Shown here: positions 25,241 through 38,210 of the stretch, piece by piece | How positions within the stretch are numbered: the stretch's first letter is position 1 | Layout of the letters: every line of letters begins with the position of its first letter | DNA from: Octopus vulgaris | Taxonomy: Eukaryota | Length of the DNA: 64,000 nt | Assembly (NCBI GenBank): GCA_951406725.2 | Contig: OX597820.1 | Location: 114,514,001 to 114,578,000, forward strand | Direction: 5' to 3' | The notes under the pieces: model-generated | The model's input: the letters and a program-made list of their open reading frames with translations, nothing else | The model's database searches: none | Told to the model about the DNA's origin: nothing | Position numbers and translations under genes: made by a program

Positions 25241-26025
25241 ACGATTATTCATTTTATCATCAACATCATTATGTTGTGGCTAGCTCGGTTAGAAGTTCCT
25301 AGCAAGACGTGTTTGCGTGCTTACGTTTCCCGGTTTCAAGCTCTTAAGTGCAGTGGATATGTAACACCGTTTATGTCGCTAATGGTTTTTCGGGAAAGGT
25401 ATGACTAATGTAAGGTCCCGGTTCCCTTCTGTCATGCAAATACAGATTTTATAGCCAGCAGAGTCAAGCAAAAATTATCATCATCATTATTATTATTCTT
25501 ATTATTATTGTAGTAGCTGCGCTTATTCTTCAGGTTGTTCACCCCTCACTTGTCTAAAACTTGCTACCTTACTGCTATTGTGAACTGATTGATACGTTTA
25601 GTGTCTCACACATGGATTTACTGAAATATAGAGATAATAATATAATAATAATAATAATGATAATAATAATAAACGATAATTAGAGTAAGAGTTAATAGCT
25701 AGAATTTAGCTAAGCGTGTCGAAATTATATTAGTCTGCTTGCATGTTCACGGTGGCTGCCAAATTGTCTTGCAGCCTCCCACGCAAATAATGTTTATTGA
25801 TCGATTCCAGGGGATTCTACTGTTACTACACCACCCGCACCATCACATTCTTCCTTCCAGTTTATCATCATCATCATCGTATTATTATAAATTCTGTAGT
25901 TTCACAAGCCCCAAAATATGTCGTTTTTATATATTGCATCGCGATGCTTTGGTATTTGTGCATGCGCTAAATTAAAATATTTATTATTTAGCGATATATG
26001 CATGTTATGTATTGTTATGCATTTG

Positions 26026-26113
<88 letters not shown>

Positions 26114-26614
26114 AACAAGCAATGAGTTACATTTTGTCCTTGTAATGCCACAATCTTTCGCCCATGTAGCTGTAAAAGAAATCTTTATTTTAATATTACA
26201 GAGCTCCTGTACTGGAGCTGTTGTTGCCCAACTTTTACTCTCAGATATCAGTACAGTATGTAGATATATGCAAATGATTCAGATTATGAAATTTGTGTGG
26301 GTGGAGGCCCAGATCTGCTGCTGCTCTGTCTTATACAAGCAATGAATTGACGATTGCGCGTGTACCTGTCTATGCATATACAGAAATGTCAATATATATC
26401 ATTTCTCTATACATTTATATGTGCAAATACACATATATAGTCAGTCAGTTGTTCATAAATCTAAAAAGAAGCACATAAGTCTAAAAAGAGGTCTAAAAAG
26501 AAGCTTCTAAAAAATTTGGTGGGCGGGCAGCAATATTTTGTGTAGTCCTGGGTAAAGGCCAGTCAGAAAGTTACATTGTTACTTTCTGACTGGCCATAAC
26601 CAACGACCACATAA

Positions 26615-26724
26615 AATCTATCTAATCTGTCTCTCTCTACCTAATCTGTCTCTCTCTATCTAATCTGTCTCTCTCTATCTAATCTGTCTCTCTCTATCTA
26701 ATCTGTCTCTCTATCTAATCTGTC

Positions 26725-26804
<80 letters not shown>

Positions 26805-26825
26805 CACACAGACACACACACACAT
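26615..26825. repeat. Compound 20-bp minisatellite decaying into (ATCT)n and (CA)n
   Basis: ctaatctgtctctctctat units shorten stepwise into (ATCT)n. Confidence 0.9.
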
Positions 26826-27274
26826 TATATGAAATGAGCTATAAAAAGTACCCACTACACTCACGGAGTGGTTGGCGTTAGGAGGGGCATCCAGCTGTAG
26901 AAACTTTGCCAGATCAAGATTGAAGCCTGGTGCAGCCATCTGGTTCGCCAGCCCTCAGTCATTCATCCAACCCATGCTAGCATGGAAAGCAGACATTAAA
27001 CGATGATGATGATGATAATGTTACAGCAATAGAAAAATAAAGAGAGGATAGTATATATATGTATACAAGAAAAAGGGATTAGTGTTTATAAATGTAGTAA
27101 GATTATCTTAGAAAGATATAGAAAAAAAATACTATTTCAATTCTGTAAGGTCTTAGGAGTATCTATATCTGTGGAGAAGGAAAGTAGTAAAGTTAATTTT
27201 CTGGATATTAATTTGGACCTCTGTATGAAAGCTACATCATCCATGCTACAAGCCAAATAAAAACCTTAAATATG

Positions 27275-29900
27275 TGAATTGAGAATGTCGGTGATGTTCT
27301 TAGGGGTGAGAAAGTCACAGATTGCCTCAAGATATCGGGCACAGGGTTACACTGTGGTAGGGGTGATCTCAAACCCAGCAAATTTGATGGTAGTTTGGAC
27401 AAAGTCAAATTTAGTGGGATTCAGAATGATGCTGTTGGAACCACAGATGTCGAGCCACTGGATGGCCTGAAAGAATGCTTCATGAATGGTGTTTGACCAC
27501 ATCAAGGTGTCATTGATGCACTTCATTTTCTGGGGAATGCTTGAGACAATTTCGTCAAACTGTTGGCTGTTGCTGTCCCCTGAGGTAACATATCCCTGTG
27601 GTGTATGTAACACAATAGTGGAAGAGGTCCAAGGGTGTGATGAAGATGGTTAAGTGGTGGTCCCTCTTGTTGAGGGTGGTGCTGTGGTTGCCATTCCAAG
27701 CATTGAAGACAGGTTTTGGGGTGGTACGGAGTGGGCTTGGAGGAATGGGGATTGGGTGTGATGTGTCTTGTATCGCATGTTAGTTGAGGTGCTGAAGACA
27801 GACAGTCTGTCAAGGTTTTCCAGACTTCTTGGGGCATACCACCATTCTGTGGCACCAGGTGACAGGTGTAACCATGGGAACAGGTTCGATAACTCCAAGT
27901 TGAACATTGTGGTTGAGACCTGTTTTCTCTTCCTCTTACCGATGAACGGGGACTGGTATGGGCATATGGTGGGGAACTGGTTTAGCACCGGGGTCCACCA
28001 TTAAGCAGATCAATGGGCCAGACATCTTAGGGACTTGCTGATGTTCACAGATGTTGAATGTTCTGGAGGTGTAGTATTCCAGCAGCCACTTCTCCAGGTG
28101 ACCATGGTTCTCCTCAGAGGCTGGGAATGGTAGTGAAATGGGAGAAAGGGTGTTATTTGTCATAGGGGGCAGTTGCATACATTCTGAGTCGTTGTAGGAA
28201 ATGTTTCCAGTGGGGTGTCAGCATGCCCACAGCTTTCTCCAATCATAGGGAAGTGGGGAGGAATCATCCCAAGGGCTTACTTGGAGAGGGAAAGTTTGTC
28301 AGTTGAAGGAGTGGTGTAGATGATTTGATGGATTGTGCACTTCGCAGAGGATGGGGCAGTCCCAAATATGCGTAGGGTCAGGGCACCGATGATATCTATG
28401 GGGACTGCTGTTAGCAGCAGTCATTGTCATGTTGACTGGTATAAGGTGCCACTGGTCTAGGCCCAGTTTGGGTTGGAGACTTGGCCAGGCATGACTGGCA
28501 TCCAGTGTCTGCCATAGCGTTGTGACAGATAGCTGCGGTTGGTCATGAAAAGAGAAGTGGGGAAGCCCAATGCCTTCGTGTCACTTGGGTCAGCTTGAAT
28601 GAAGGTAGTGACAAAGGGATGGGGGTTGGAAAAGCATTTCACCCAGGTATTGCAGAGTTCATTATACACATGGTGGTCAAGAATTATTACTTGGGTGGAG
28701 GTTTTGTCAGGGAGGTCAATCACAAGGAATAGGCTGTTGAATATTGCAGATGTGTGGACTTCTGTGTCAGATGCGTTGGGTTGACCCTTTCACTGGGAAG
28801 GCTGTTCTCGGCAGCAAACACTCTCATAGTGGTGCAGGATGCCACACTTGTGGTTGTAGGTGGGGCATTTCCTCATGCGTTCTTGTATATGACGTCCGTA
28901 GCCATGTTTTCCACAGTGATTGCAGGGAGTAGGGGCAGGTGTATCACAGGGTTCACCATATCTATTGACCGGGTGGTGCCGCTCCTGGTCCCTCTATGAG
29001 CTAGAACCCATGGTGATTGAGGTGGTGCTGTGGCTCATGAGTCAGCTGGCTGACTATTTTTCACTTTCTTTTGCTTCGATGCACCTCAGGACTTCTTCCG
29101 GGGTCGTGTCTTATTTGGAATCTCCCAATATCTCAAGGCAGATCTCCTCATCCTCCAACCCATGTATGAGAGCATCACGGACTATGATGTCGCTATAATC
29201 AATCATGGCATGGCAGGCCTCCATGGGGCATTCCACCTTGAAGTTGCAAACACCTGACTGCCCTCAAAGACATGCAGCAAAGACCCTGGTGGGTTCATCC
29301 TGGTCCTGTTGTAGCTGCACATAAGCAACTATGACATTTTCTTGGCAGACAGCCAGGGATTTAATGTGACTGAGGCCTGTTTACTCATTGCTGGAGGTCA
29401 GTGCACCAAACGTCCATTTGAGATCTTTTCTGAGGGTCTCGTTGCAGCATTCAAGAAGCTGGAAGACCACGTTGTTACCTGTCCAACATGTGGCTTCGTT
29501 TGCAGTCTGACCGTCTCTGCTCAAAGTAAGCCCACCCCTTGCTAGTTCCAGCTATGAAGATGATGGGGTGGCAGACCGTCTCAGGTGAGACTTGCATGGG
29601 GGCAGACAGTTGCACAGCTGTCTAATGCACTGTAAAGATTGATGAGGTGGGTCAGAACCTCCACCAGAGTGTTTGCAGACCAACTTGTGGCGCAGTCAGG
29701 TGTAGGACTGGGTTTGTTGGCCATGTTGACTCATTTTTTGTCATAAGTAAGTCTGACAACTCTTTGCTTTCACCAACACTTTATTTACATTGGATTGAAG
29801 CAATGACAAAAAGGGTCTTCAGTATACCTGAAATGTGAAGGAAAGCGTGATGGATAATGAAACAAACAATGTATGGCAAATTGAATGTAATGTAATAAAT
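27275..29900 (-). mobile_element. Decayed Ty3/Gypsy element (gag, protease, RT) in DHRS12 intron 1
   Basis: gag VRDALIHGLEDEEI and CNHCGKHG; PVPHHMPIPVPVH; PQGYVTSGD; KCINDTLMW...ILNPTKFDF...FAGFEITP; possible LTR remnant around 29740-29900. Confidence 0.8.
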
Positions 29901-30089
29901 GATAATATATGTGTGTTTGGCTGTAATCCTCTAAATGTTGTAATAAAACTAAAAATAATATGAATGATTCAAAGCAAACAGGTAAATATGATTCCCCTCA
30001 CATACTTACTAATGACTGTGTACATGGGAATATATTAAGAAATAACAGCTATAATAATCTTTGAAAGTGAAGAGTACACTTAAGACAGA

Positions 30090-30890
30090 TTACATTGTAT
30101 AATGCCCTATACAAGGCACAAATAGCCACCAATATACCAGGAAAATTTTTCATGGCTATGGACATGTATTTCCCACTGTCAAGTAAATGTGGTAAGTTAT
30201 TTAACAGACATATGGTTAAATTTGCTTATTCAACTATGAGAAACTTGACTGAAATTATAGCAATACATAATGCAAGGAAGTTAAAAGAGTTTATTGATAT
30301 TAATTTATCCAACCAACATAATGTTAATAATAGGGATAGTAGTAGAAATAATAATAATATTAATAGCAATGGAAGTAGTAATGATGGTGGTAATAATGAT
30401 CATAGCAGTAGTTATTATAAGGTTAAGAAATGTAATGATTCTTAGCTCAATACTTAATATTGACAATAGATGGAATGTAAACGTTTCAAATGAAAAATCT
30501 TTCAATAACAGACTAAACCATTCATGTAACTGTAATAATTACCTAAAGAACTTAGTGAACTAATATTCAGTAATAACAGGGGAATGTACTTACTATTATA
30601 TAGGTGCTTGCACAGCTAACTTCAAGTTGAGATTACATAATCACATCTCTTCATTTAGAAAAGAAGAAAACTTTATTTCTGTAAGTAAATTCATCTGAAG
30701 CCTAATATGGTATTAAATGGTTTAAATAAGTAGTGCACTACTGTATAATGATGGTGAATTAAGATGTAACTGATGCATTGAGGAGGCACTGCTTATCCTT
30801 ACATCCAAATCCAACATATTAAAAAAAAGAAATGAATTAATGTTAAAATGTTCACACTTATTTCAAAGAACCATTAAATCATCCCCTAAT
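30090..30890 (+). mobile_element. Penelope-like element, GIY-YIG endonuclease region, decayed
   Basis: TNIPGKFF...KLFNRHMVKFAYSTMRNL...HN; YYYIGACTANFKLRLHNHISSF; RCN*CIEEALLIL...NELMLKCSH. Confidence 0.8.
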
Positions 30891-31247
30891 AAATTGAGTA
30901 ATGATTAAAATAATGGGCTGAGTTTGCCTTCTAGGTCAAGTCTACTTAGTATATTTAATATACTTAACAGAGATAGTATTTTTTATATCATCAAAATTCT
31001 ATTACTTAGTCTTCAAATTTTTATTCATATTGTATTTATTATTATTGTTATTTTTGTTGTTGTTATCATTACTATTATTTAAATCTTAAAACTAGATTGT
31101 TTAATTATTTTCAATTGTCTTTAAATTGCATTTTAATTTTTTTAACTATTTTAAATTATTTTATTGTCTTTTGCCGAACCGCTAAGTGACGGGGACATAA
31201 ACACACCAGCATCAAGCAATGCTAGAGGGACAAACACAGGCACACAA

Positions 31248-31300
<53 letters not shown>

Positions 31301-31301
<1 letters not shown>

Positions 31302-32435
31302 TCACTAGTTATCGTTATTGATATTTTAAGATCTATCTCCCTTATAGAAATTGGCTGCCGATTCTTCGCGGGGTTTTTCTTTTCTCTTCCCTTCTCTCCC
31401 CCTCTTGTTACATTGTCGTCTGTCTGGACTCCTCTCTTCCTACCACCCGCCATGGCTATGCATACTTAAGCTAGTAAACTGCCTCATTCTTGATTCCGAA
31501 TTCCTTCTGATCCCCCTAGTCGCCACTCTGTTTACTATTTCAGCCTCGCCTCGCCTCGTTTTGCATATTCTGTATAATTCACTAGTTATCGTTATTGATA
31601 TTTTAAGATCTATCTCCCTTATAGAAATTGGCTGCCGATTCTTCGCGGGGTTTTTCTTTTCTCTTCCCTTCTCTCCCCCTCTTGTTACATTGTCGTCTGT
31701 CTGGACTCCTCTCTTCCTACCACCCGCCATGGCTATGCATACTTAAGCTAGTAAACTGCCTCATTCTTGATTCCGAATTCCTTTTGCCAAGTCTGTCCGT
31801 AAACGAAGTGATCTCAAGATAAGAAATCTTTGAACTTTAATTCATCCGTATCTCTATTTATTATTATTATTTATTAATTATTATTATTCTGATCCCCCTA
31901 GTCGCCACTCTGTTTACTATTTCAGCCTCGCCTCGCCTCGTTTTGCATATTCTGTATAATTCACTAGTTATCGTTATTGATATTTTAAGATCTATCTCCC
32001 TTATAGAAATTGGCTGCCGATTCTTCGCGGGGTTTTTCTTTTCTCTTCCCTTCTCTCCCCCTCTTGTTACATTGTCGTCTGTCTGGACTCCTCTCTTCCT
32101 ACCACCCGCCATGGCTATGCATACTTAAGCTAGTAAACTGCCTCATTCTTGATTCCGAATTCCTTTTGCCAAGTCTGTCCGTAAACGAAGTGATCTCAAG
32201 ATAAGAAATCTTTGAACTTTAATTCATCCGTATCTCTATTTATTATTATTATTTATTAATTATTATTATTCTGATCCCCCTAGTCGCCACTCTGTTTACT
32301 ATTTCAGCCTCGCCTCGCCTCGTTTTGCATATTCTGTATAATTCACTAGTTATCGTTATTGATATTTTAAGATCTATCTCCCTTATAGAAATTGGCTGCC
32401 GATTCTTTAGAAATTGGCTGCCGATTCTTCGCGGC
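31301..32435. repeat. Tandem repeat A (units start 31301, 31578, 31960, 32342; periods 277, 382, 382)
   Basis: Essentially identical copies; the last is truncated and carries a 22-bp duplication tagaaattggctgccgattctt. Confidence 0.95.
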
Positions 32436-32509
32436 GCGCCCGCCCTACCCACCCCCACCACCAATACCGGATATCTCTATTTTGCTCCAACTATACCGGA
32501 TGTCGTTTT

Positions 32510-33311
32510 TCTCCCACCACCATTATAGGTGTCTACTCTTTGAACCCCCTCTTCAATACGCTATTTCACCATGCATTACCCCTCTCTCGATATCCTACGT
32601 TCTACTTGCCTAGAACCTGTCCCCTGAACCACCCCTCCCACTGGTGCTCTCCTATATTTCTGCATCCCCCCACCACCATTATAGGTGTCTACTCTTTGAA
32701 CCCCCCTCTTCAATACGCTATTTCACCATGCATTACCCCTCTCTCGATATCCTACGTTCTACTTGCCTAGAACCTGTCCCCTGAACCACCCCTCCCACTG
32801 GTGCTCTCCTATATTTCTGCACCCCCCACCACCATTATAGGTGTCTACTCTTTGAACCCCCTCTTCAATACGCTATTCACCATGCATTACCCCTCTCTCG
32901 ATATCCTACGTTCTACTTGCCTAGGACCTGTCCTCTGAACCACCCCTCCCACTGGTGCCCACCCCTCCCACTGGTGCTCCCCTATATTTCTGCATCCCCC
33001 CACCACCATAATAGGTGTCTACTCTTTGAACCCCCTCTTCAATACGCTATTTCACCATGCATTACCCCTCTCTCGATATCCTACGTTCTACTTGCCTAGA
33101 ACCTGTCCCCTGAACCACCCCTCCCACTGGTGCTCTCCTATATTTCTGCACCCCCCACCACCATTATAGGTGTCTACTCTTTGAACCCCCTCTTCAATAC
33201 GCTATTTCACCATGCATTACCCCTCTCTCGATATCCTACGTTCTACTTGACTAGTACCTGTCCTCTGAACCACCCCTCCCACTGGTGCTCCCCTATATTT
33301 CTGCACCCCCC
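32510..33311. repeat. Tandem repeat B, ~157-bp C-rich unit x5
   Basis: caccaccattataggtgtctactctttgaacccc... recurs five times with rare variants. Confidence 0.95.
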
Positions 33312-33554
33312 ATAAAAAGCACCATCCGAACGTGGCCGATGCCAGACCCCTCTGGCACCTGTGCAGGTGGCACGTAAAAAACACCCACTACACTCGCGGA
33401 GTGGTTGGCGTTAGGAAGGGCATCCAGCTGTAGAAACACTGCCAGACTAGACTGGAGCCTGGGGCAGTCCCGAGCTCCCCAGACCCCGGTCGAAACCGTC
33501 CAACCCGTGCTAGCGCGGAAAACGGACGTTAAACGATGATGATGATGATGATGA
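33311..33554 (+). mobile_element. Young RTE 3' tail variant
   Basis: cccactacactcgcggagtggttggcgttaggaagggcatccagctg...gttaaacga(tga)n; CpGs intact. Confidence 0.85.
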
Positions 33555-34012
33555 TATATATATATATATATACGACAGGCTTCTTTCAATTTCCGTCTAC
33601 CAAATCCACTCACAAGGCTTTGGTCGGCCCGAGGCTATAGTAGAAGACACTTGCCCAGTGCAGGATTTATGCATGGACAAATCTAAAGTTCTCCCTCTTT
33701 TCACAAGCTGCATAGGGCAATAGACAGGAAAGGGGTCTGATAGTTAAGAAGGTATCAAATAAGCAAGAGGAGCAGTAGACAAAACTTAATCAGTGAGGGA
33801 GAGTGAACAGGAGTTAGTGGTGGTGGTGGTGGTGATGGGGTGAAGAGGAGAGGAGTGCAAGTAATACAGGCATACGTAAACACACATTCTATGAGTGTAC
33901 GAGAAACTGAAGGCTTTTAACTGTAACGTAAAATTAAAATGCTTTCTCAAAATACCCACACTGCCTACAGTAGCATGGAACTGCTACTAAATGCTGCTTG
34001 AGTGTTTGATAT

Positions 34013-34078
<66 letters not shown>

Positions 34079-34154
34079 TTTGTATGCATCCTCCGAAGTT
34101 TATTCCACAAATTCTTTCTGCTAACAGATATACTCTGTTTTAGCAACAACACAT

Positions 34155-35315
34155 CGTTTCAAATTTTGGCACAAGGCCAGTAATGTTTTAGGTAGAAGGG
34201 AGTTAGTCAGTTTATGTCAACCCTGGTAATCAACTGGTTCTTTGTTTTATTGACCCCCAAAAGTGTGAAAAGCAAAGTTAACCTAAGTGGAGTTTGAACT
34301 CAGAATGTAAAGATGAATGAAGTGTGACTAAGCATTTCGTCTTGTGTGCTAACAATTCTGCTTGTTCGCTTGAGTGATGAAATAGACAAATGAATAAAGG
34401 AGATTGGAATAAAGTATCCTGTAGAATAAAGTATCCTACAGATTTGCCTCTGAAGAACAGGGAAGATCTCATCAGAAGGATTTTGAGCACTTGATGGCTT
34501 ATCGAAATCACGTTAATATTTAAGGTTACCAGTAGTAACCCACTACCCACATAAATTCTGCCAGAAATTAAGGTGTCATGATAATAATGTCGTAATTATT
34601 TCCACTAAAAGCACAAGGCCTTGAAATTTTGGGAGAGGGGACTGGTTGATTGCATCAACCCTTGTAGTTGACAGGTACTTATTTTATTGACCCTGAAAGG
34701 CTGAAAGGTAAGGTCAGCCTCAGAGTTTGAACTCAGATGTTAAAGAGCCAGAAGAAAACCCACAAAGCATTTTGTCCTATATACTAACAATTCTACCTGC
34801 TCTCCACCTCAATAATAATAATAATAATAATCCTTTCTACTAAAGGCACAAGGCCTGAAATTTTGGGGGAGGGGATCATCAATTATATCGACCCCCCCCC
34901 CCCCCTAGTACACAATTGGTATGTATTTCATTGACCCCAAAAGGATGAAAGACAAAGTTGATTCAGTGCGATTTGAATTCAGAATGTAGTGACAGGTGAA
35001 ATACCACCAAGCATTTCACCTGGTGTGCAAAAGATTCAGCCAGCTCTCTACCTTAATAATAATAATAATAATAGTAGTAGTAGTAATAATAATAGTAGTA
35101 ATAATGATAGTCCTTTCTACAATAAGCACAAGGAGGGGGAAGGGATAGTCAATTACATTGATTTCAGTGCTCAGTTGGTACTTATTTTATTGACCCTGAA
35201 AGGATGAAAGTCAAAGTTGACTTCAGCAGAATTTGAACTCAGAATGTAAAAATGGATAAAATGCTTAGCAGCATTTTGTCTAGCTGCTAATGATTCAGTC
35301 TACTTGCTGCCTTAA
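34155..35315 (-). mobile_element. Array of four diverged SINE family 3 copies separated largely by (AAT)n
   Basis: Repeated ctggtacttattttattgaccctgaaaggatgaaag...tttgaactcag. Confidence 0.75.
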
Positions 35316-37500
35316 TAATAGTAATAATAATAGTAATAATAATAATAATAATCATAATGATGTTGATGATGGTTTCTTTATTAACCAGAAATGTTGACAT
35401 TATGATCAATAATACAATAATAACACTAACAACATTTTTTCCAGAAAATATCAAATTAGCAAAGTTAATAGCATGTCATAATGAAACCTCCTGTGACAGA
35501 ATGCCAAAATTACATAAAAACCACAAGAAATACAATAATGGAATGTCAGAAATAAATTTATGAGATTTTTCAAGATATTCTATCTTTTCATTAGGATTAA
35601 TATAACTGAGGCTCAGAAAGGCTTGTGTGGTCTTTATCAAATGAAAAAAATAAAAAAAAGAAGAGCTAAAACTGCATTAGGGTAAAATTTTACACTATTT
35701 GCATAATGGTGTAATAAGAGTCATAGTTAAAAAAAACAAAAATCAACTGAAAGAATAAGGAAGGAAAGATAAAATAATATAATAAGGAGAATAGATACAG
35801 CTCAAATGATAGCATACAGTTGAAAGGAAAGAATATAAGATGGAAAGAAGGATTATCACGTGGAAGAACATAATAGAGTTCATTTCTTTGTGTGTGTGTG
35901 TGTGTGTATGTTTGTCTTTGTGTGTGTGGCCCTGAATGCAAAGGGCTTGTGAAGACTAGAAAGGAATGAAATACTTTGCTGGATGTACACTGTCAGTGTA
36001 CGTGTGTGACAGAGCACGAGTGTATTAAAAGAAAAGTTAGGCATAAGAGTAATTAGATACAGTGTGCAGGAAAGAAAATTGCATTGGTTTGGTCTTTTGA
36101 TCCATAAGCATGAAAACAGTTGCATAAAGAAGTATCAATTACTTAAAGTGGATGGAACTTGTGGAAGAAGGAGACCTGGGAAGATATGGGGTGGAGTATT
36201 AAAGGATGTTCTCAAAAGCTTCCTCACCCAAACCACTTCTCAGCTTTCTCTGATCCAGAAGCTTCTATTTGATCCTCTATAGCATACCCTCTTCTTTTTA
36301 ACACCATACAAGAGGTGCAACATTACATCTACATATGTCCTTTAAAAGAAGAGAGTATGCCATGCAGGATGAAATGGAAGCTCCCAGAACAACTTGGACT
36401 TTACGTCAGTGAGAGCAGATGATGCAAACTCAGCTTGATCCAGGAGCTGTCTTGAACTCCAAAAGTGAAATGCTTAGTTGGCACCCTCATGAGAGGAAAT
36501 TCATGTTGAAGACCTGGAATTCCTCACTTTCTAACAAGTGAATAAAAATATGCTAACCCTTTTTGGACGCAACTGGAAACAATCAGAGGGAGATAACTCA
36601 ATCTTGCCCAGAAGGGATGTTAGTAGATATTCATTTCAGGGGTTTTTTCACCATCCTGACTGACCAAGACTGTATTCCTGCCTCCAGTTGTAGAGAAATT
36701 ATGTGCCTCTGGTCAGCCAATCCAATAAGTCACCTATATCTCTAAGAGCATAATAGGTGTAAAACCAATGGTAACTCTTTGAATGGCTATAAAAAATAAC
36801 TACATGAAATATATATATATGTATGTGTGTATGTATGTATGTACGTACGTATGGTTATAATCTAAGCAGTGTACTCTTGAAGAACATCTGCTTATTTCAG
36901 TACTCCATAGCTGTATTGAGATATTATATTTATGTGTGGTATGCATAAGAATTGAAAAATACTGGAAAATATTCATTAAAGTTGAAGATTGGAAAAAATT
37001 CTTGGCATTGTTGATTACATTTATATATATTTATCTATACATACACACATACACACACATACATACATACATACGTACAAACAATTTTTAGGGAAAGAAT
37101 CCAATTTGTAAAGACTAAAGATTGTAATAAATACACACTAAATTAATTTGTAATAATTATCTAATCAAAAACAAAATTATTTTAATATCAAGGTTAAACC
37201 TATATATACTGTTGGAGGTTAAAATACTGCTGGAAGGAATGGTAAGATATAATTGGAAGGAAGAATAGATTTGGAAGAATAAAAAGCAATACTTTGATTG
37301 TTGGGCACCATAGGAAATAAAACACTGGGTTACCCCTAAGTACCTGTGTATGAATTTGCATATGGTTGACTACATGTATATTTCCTGCATATGTGTACAA
37401 AACTATCTCCCTATATATATATATATATATATGTCTACAATACACACACACACACATATATAGGTATACACACATACACATATATAAGTATATATATATA

Positions 37501-37890
37501 GGCGCAGGAGTGGCTGTGTGGTAAGTAGCTTGCTAACCAACCACATGGTTCCGGGTTCAGTCCCACTGCGTGGCATCTTGGGCAAGTGTCTTCTGCTATA
37601 GCCCTGGGCCGACCAATGCCTTGTGAGTGGATTTGGTAGACGGAAACTTTAAGAAGCCTGTCGTATATATGTATATATATATATATAAGTGTGTGTTTGT
37701 CCCCCTAGCATTGCTTGACAACCGATGCTGGTGTGTTTACGTCCCCGTCACTTAGTGGTTTGGCAAAAGAGACTGATAGAATAAGTACTGGGTTTACAAA
37801 GAATAAGTCCCGTGGTCGATTTGCTCGACTAAAGGCGGTGCTCCAGCATGGCCGCAGTCAAATGACTGAAACAAGTAAAAAAGAAAAAGA
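37501..37890 (+). mobile_element. SINE family 1, full length
   Basis: Matches 10410-10829. Confidence 0.9.
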
Positions 37891-37907
37891 GAATATATAC
37901 AAATATA

Positions 37908-38124
37908 TGAGGGGGTGCTGAAAAGTTCCTGGCTTTAAGGCTATTGCAAAAGGCTTGGTTGGGTGCCCAACCTTCCGAGTTCTCATACAGGGCTTTGAAA
38001 AATTGAAGGATTGCTGCAAAAGGTGTGTGAATATAAGAGGTAAATATGTTGAATAAAATCATAATTAACTGATCCTTGTGTATTTTCTTTTATTCAAAGC
38101 CAGAAACTTTTCAGCCCACCTTTG
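37908..38124 (+). mobile_element. Mariner-derived MITE
   Basis: TA-flanked TIRs gagggggtgctgaaaagttcctggcttt / aaagccagaaacttttcagcccacctttg; internal transposase C-terminal remnant KRCVNIRGKYVE*. Confidence 0.8.
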
Positions 38125-38210
38125 TATACACACACACACATAATTATATACATGCATTTATGCATGTAACTGCTTACAGTTGTTACATATGCATATAGCT
38201 GTCTTGCTGT

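Larger units (their letters stand above)
31167..33657 (-). mobile_element. SINE family 1 copy split at its (TA)n by a 2.25-kb insertion
   Basis: 31167-31300 and 33555-33657 are consecutive parts of one minus-strand SINE (compare 12850-13045). Confidence 0.8.

Noticed and set aside
31151-32770. Repeated ORFs (MAGGRKRG..., MAADSSRG...) suggesting a small gene family
   Set aside because: Products of tandem repeat A with no recognisable domain or splice structure; the faint resemblance to a GIY-YIG C-terminus is too weak to call.
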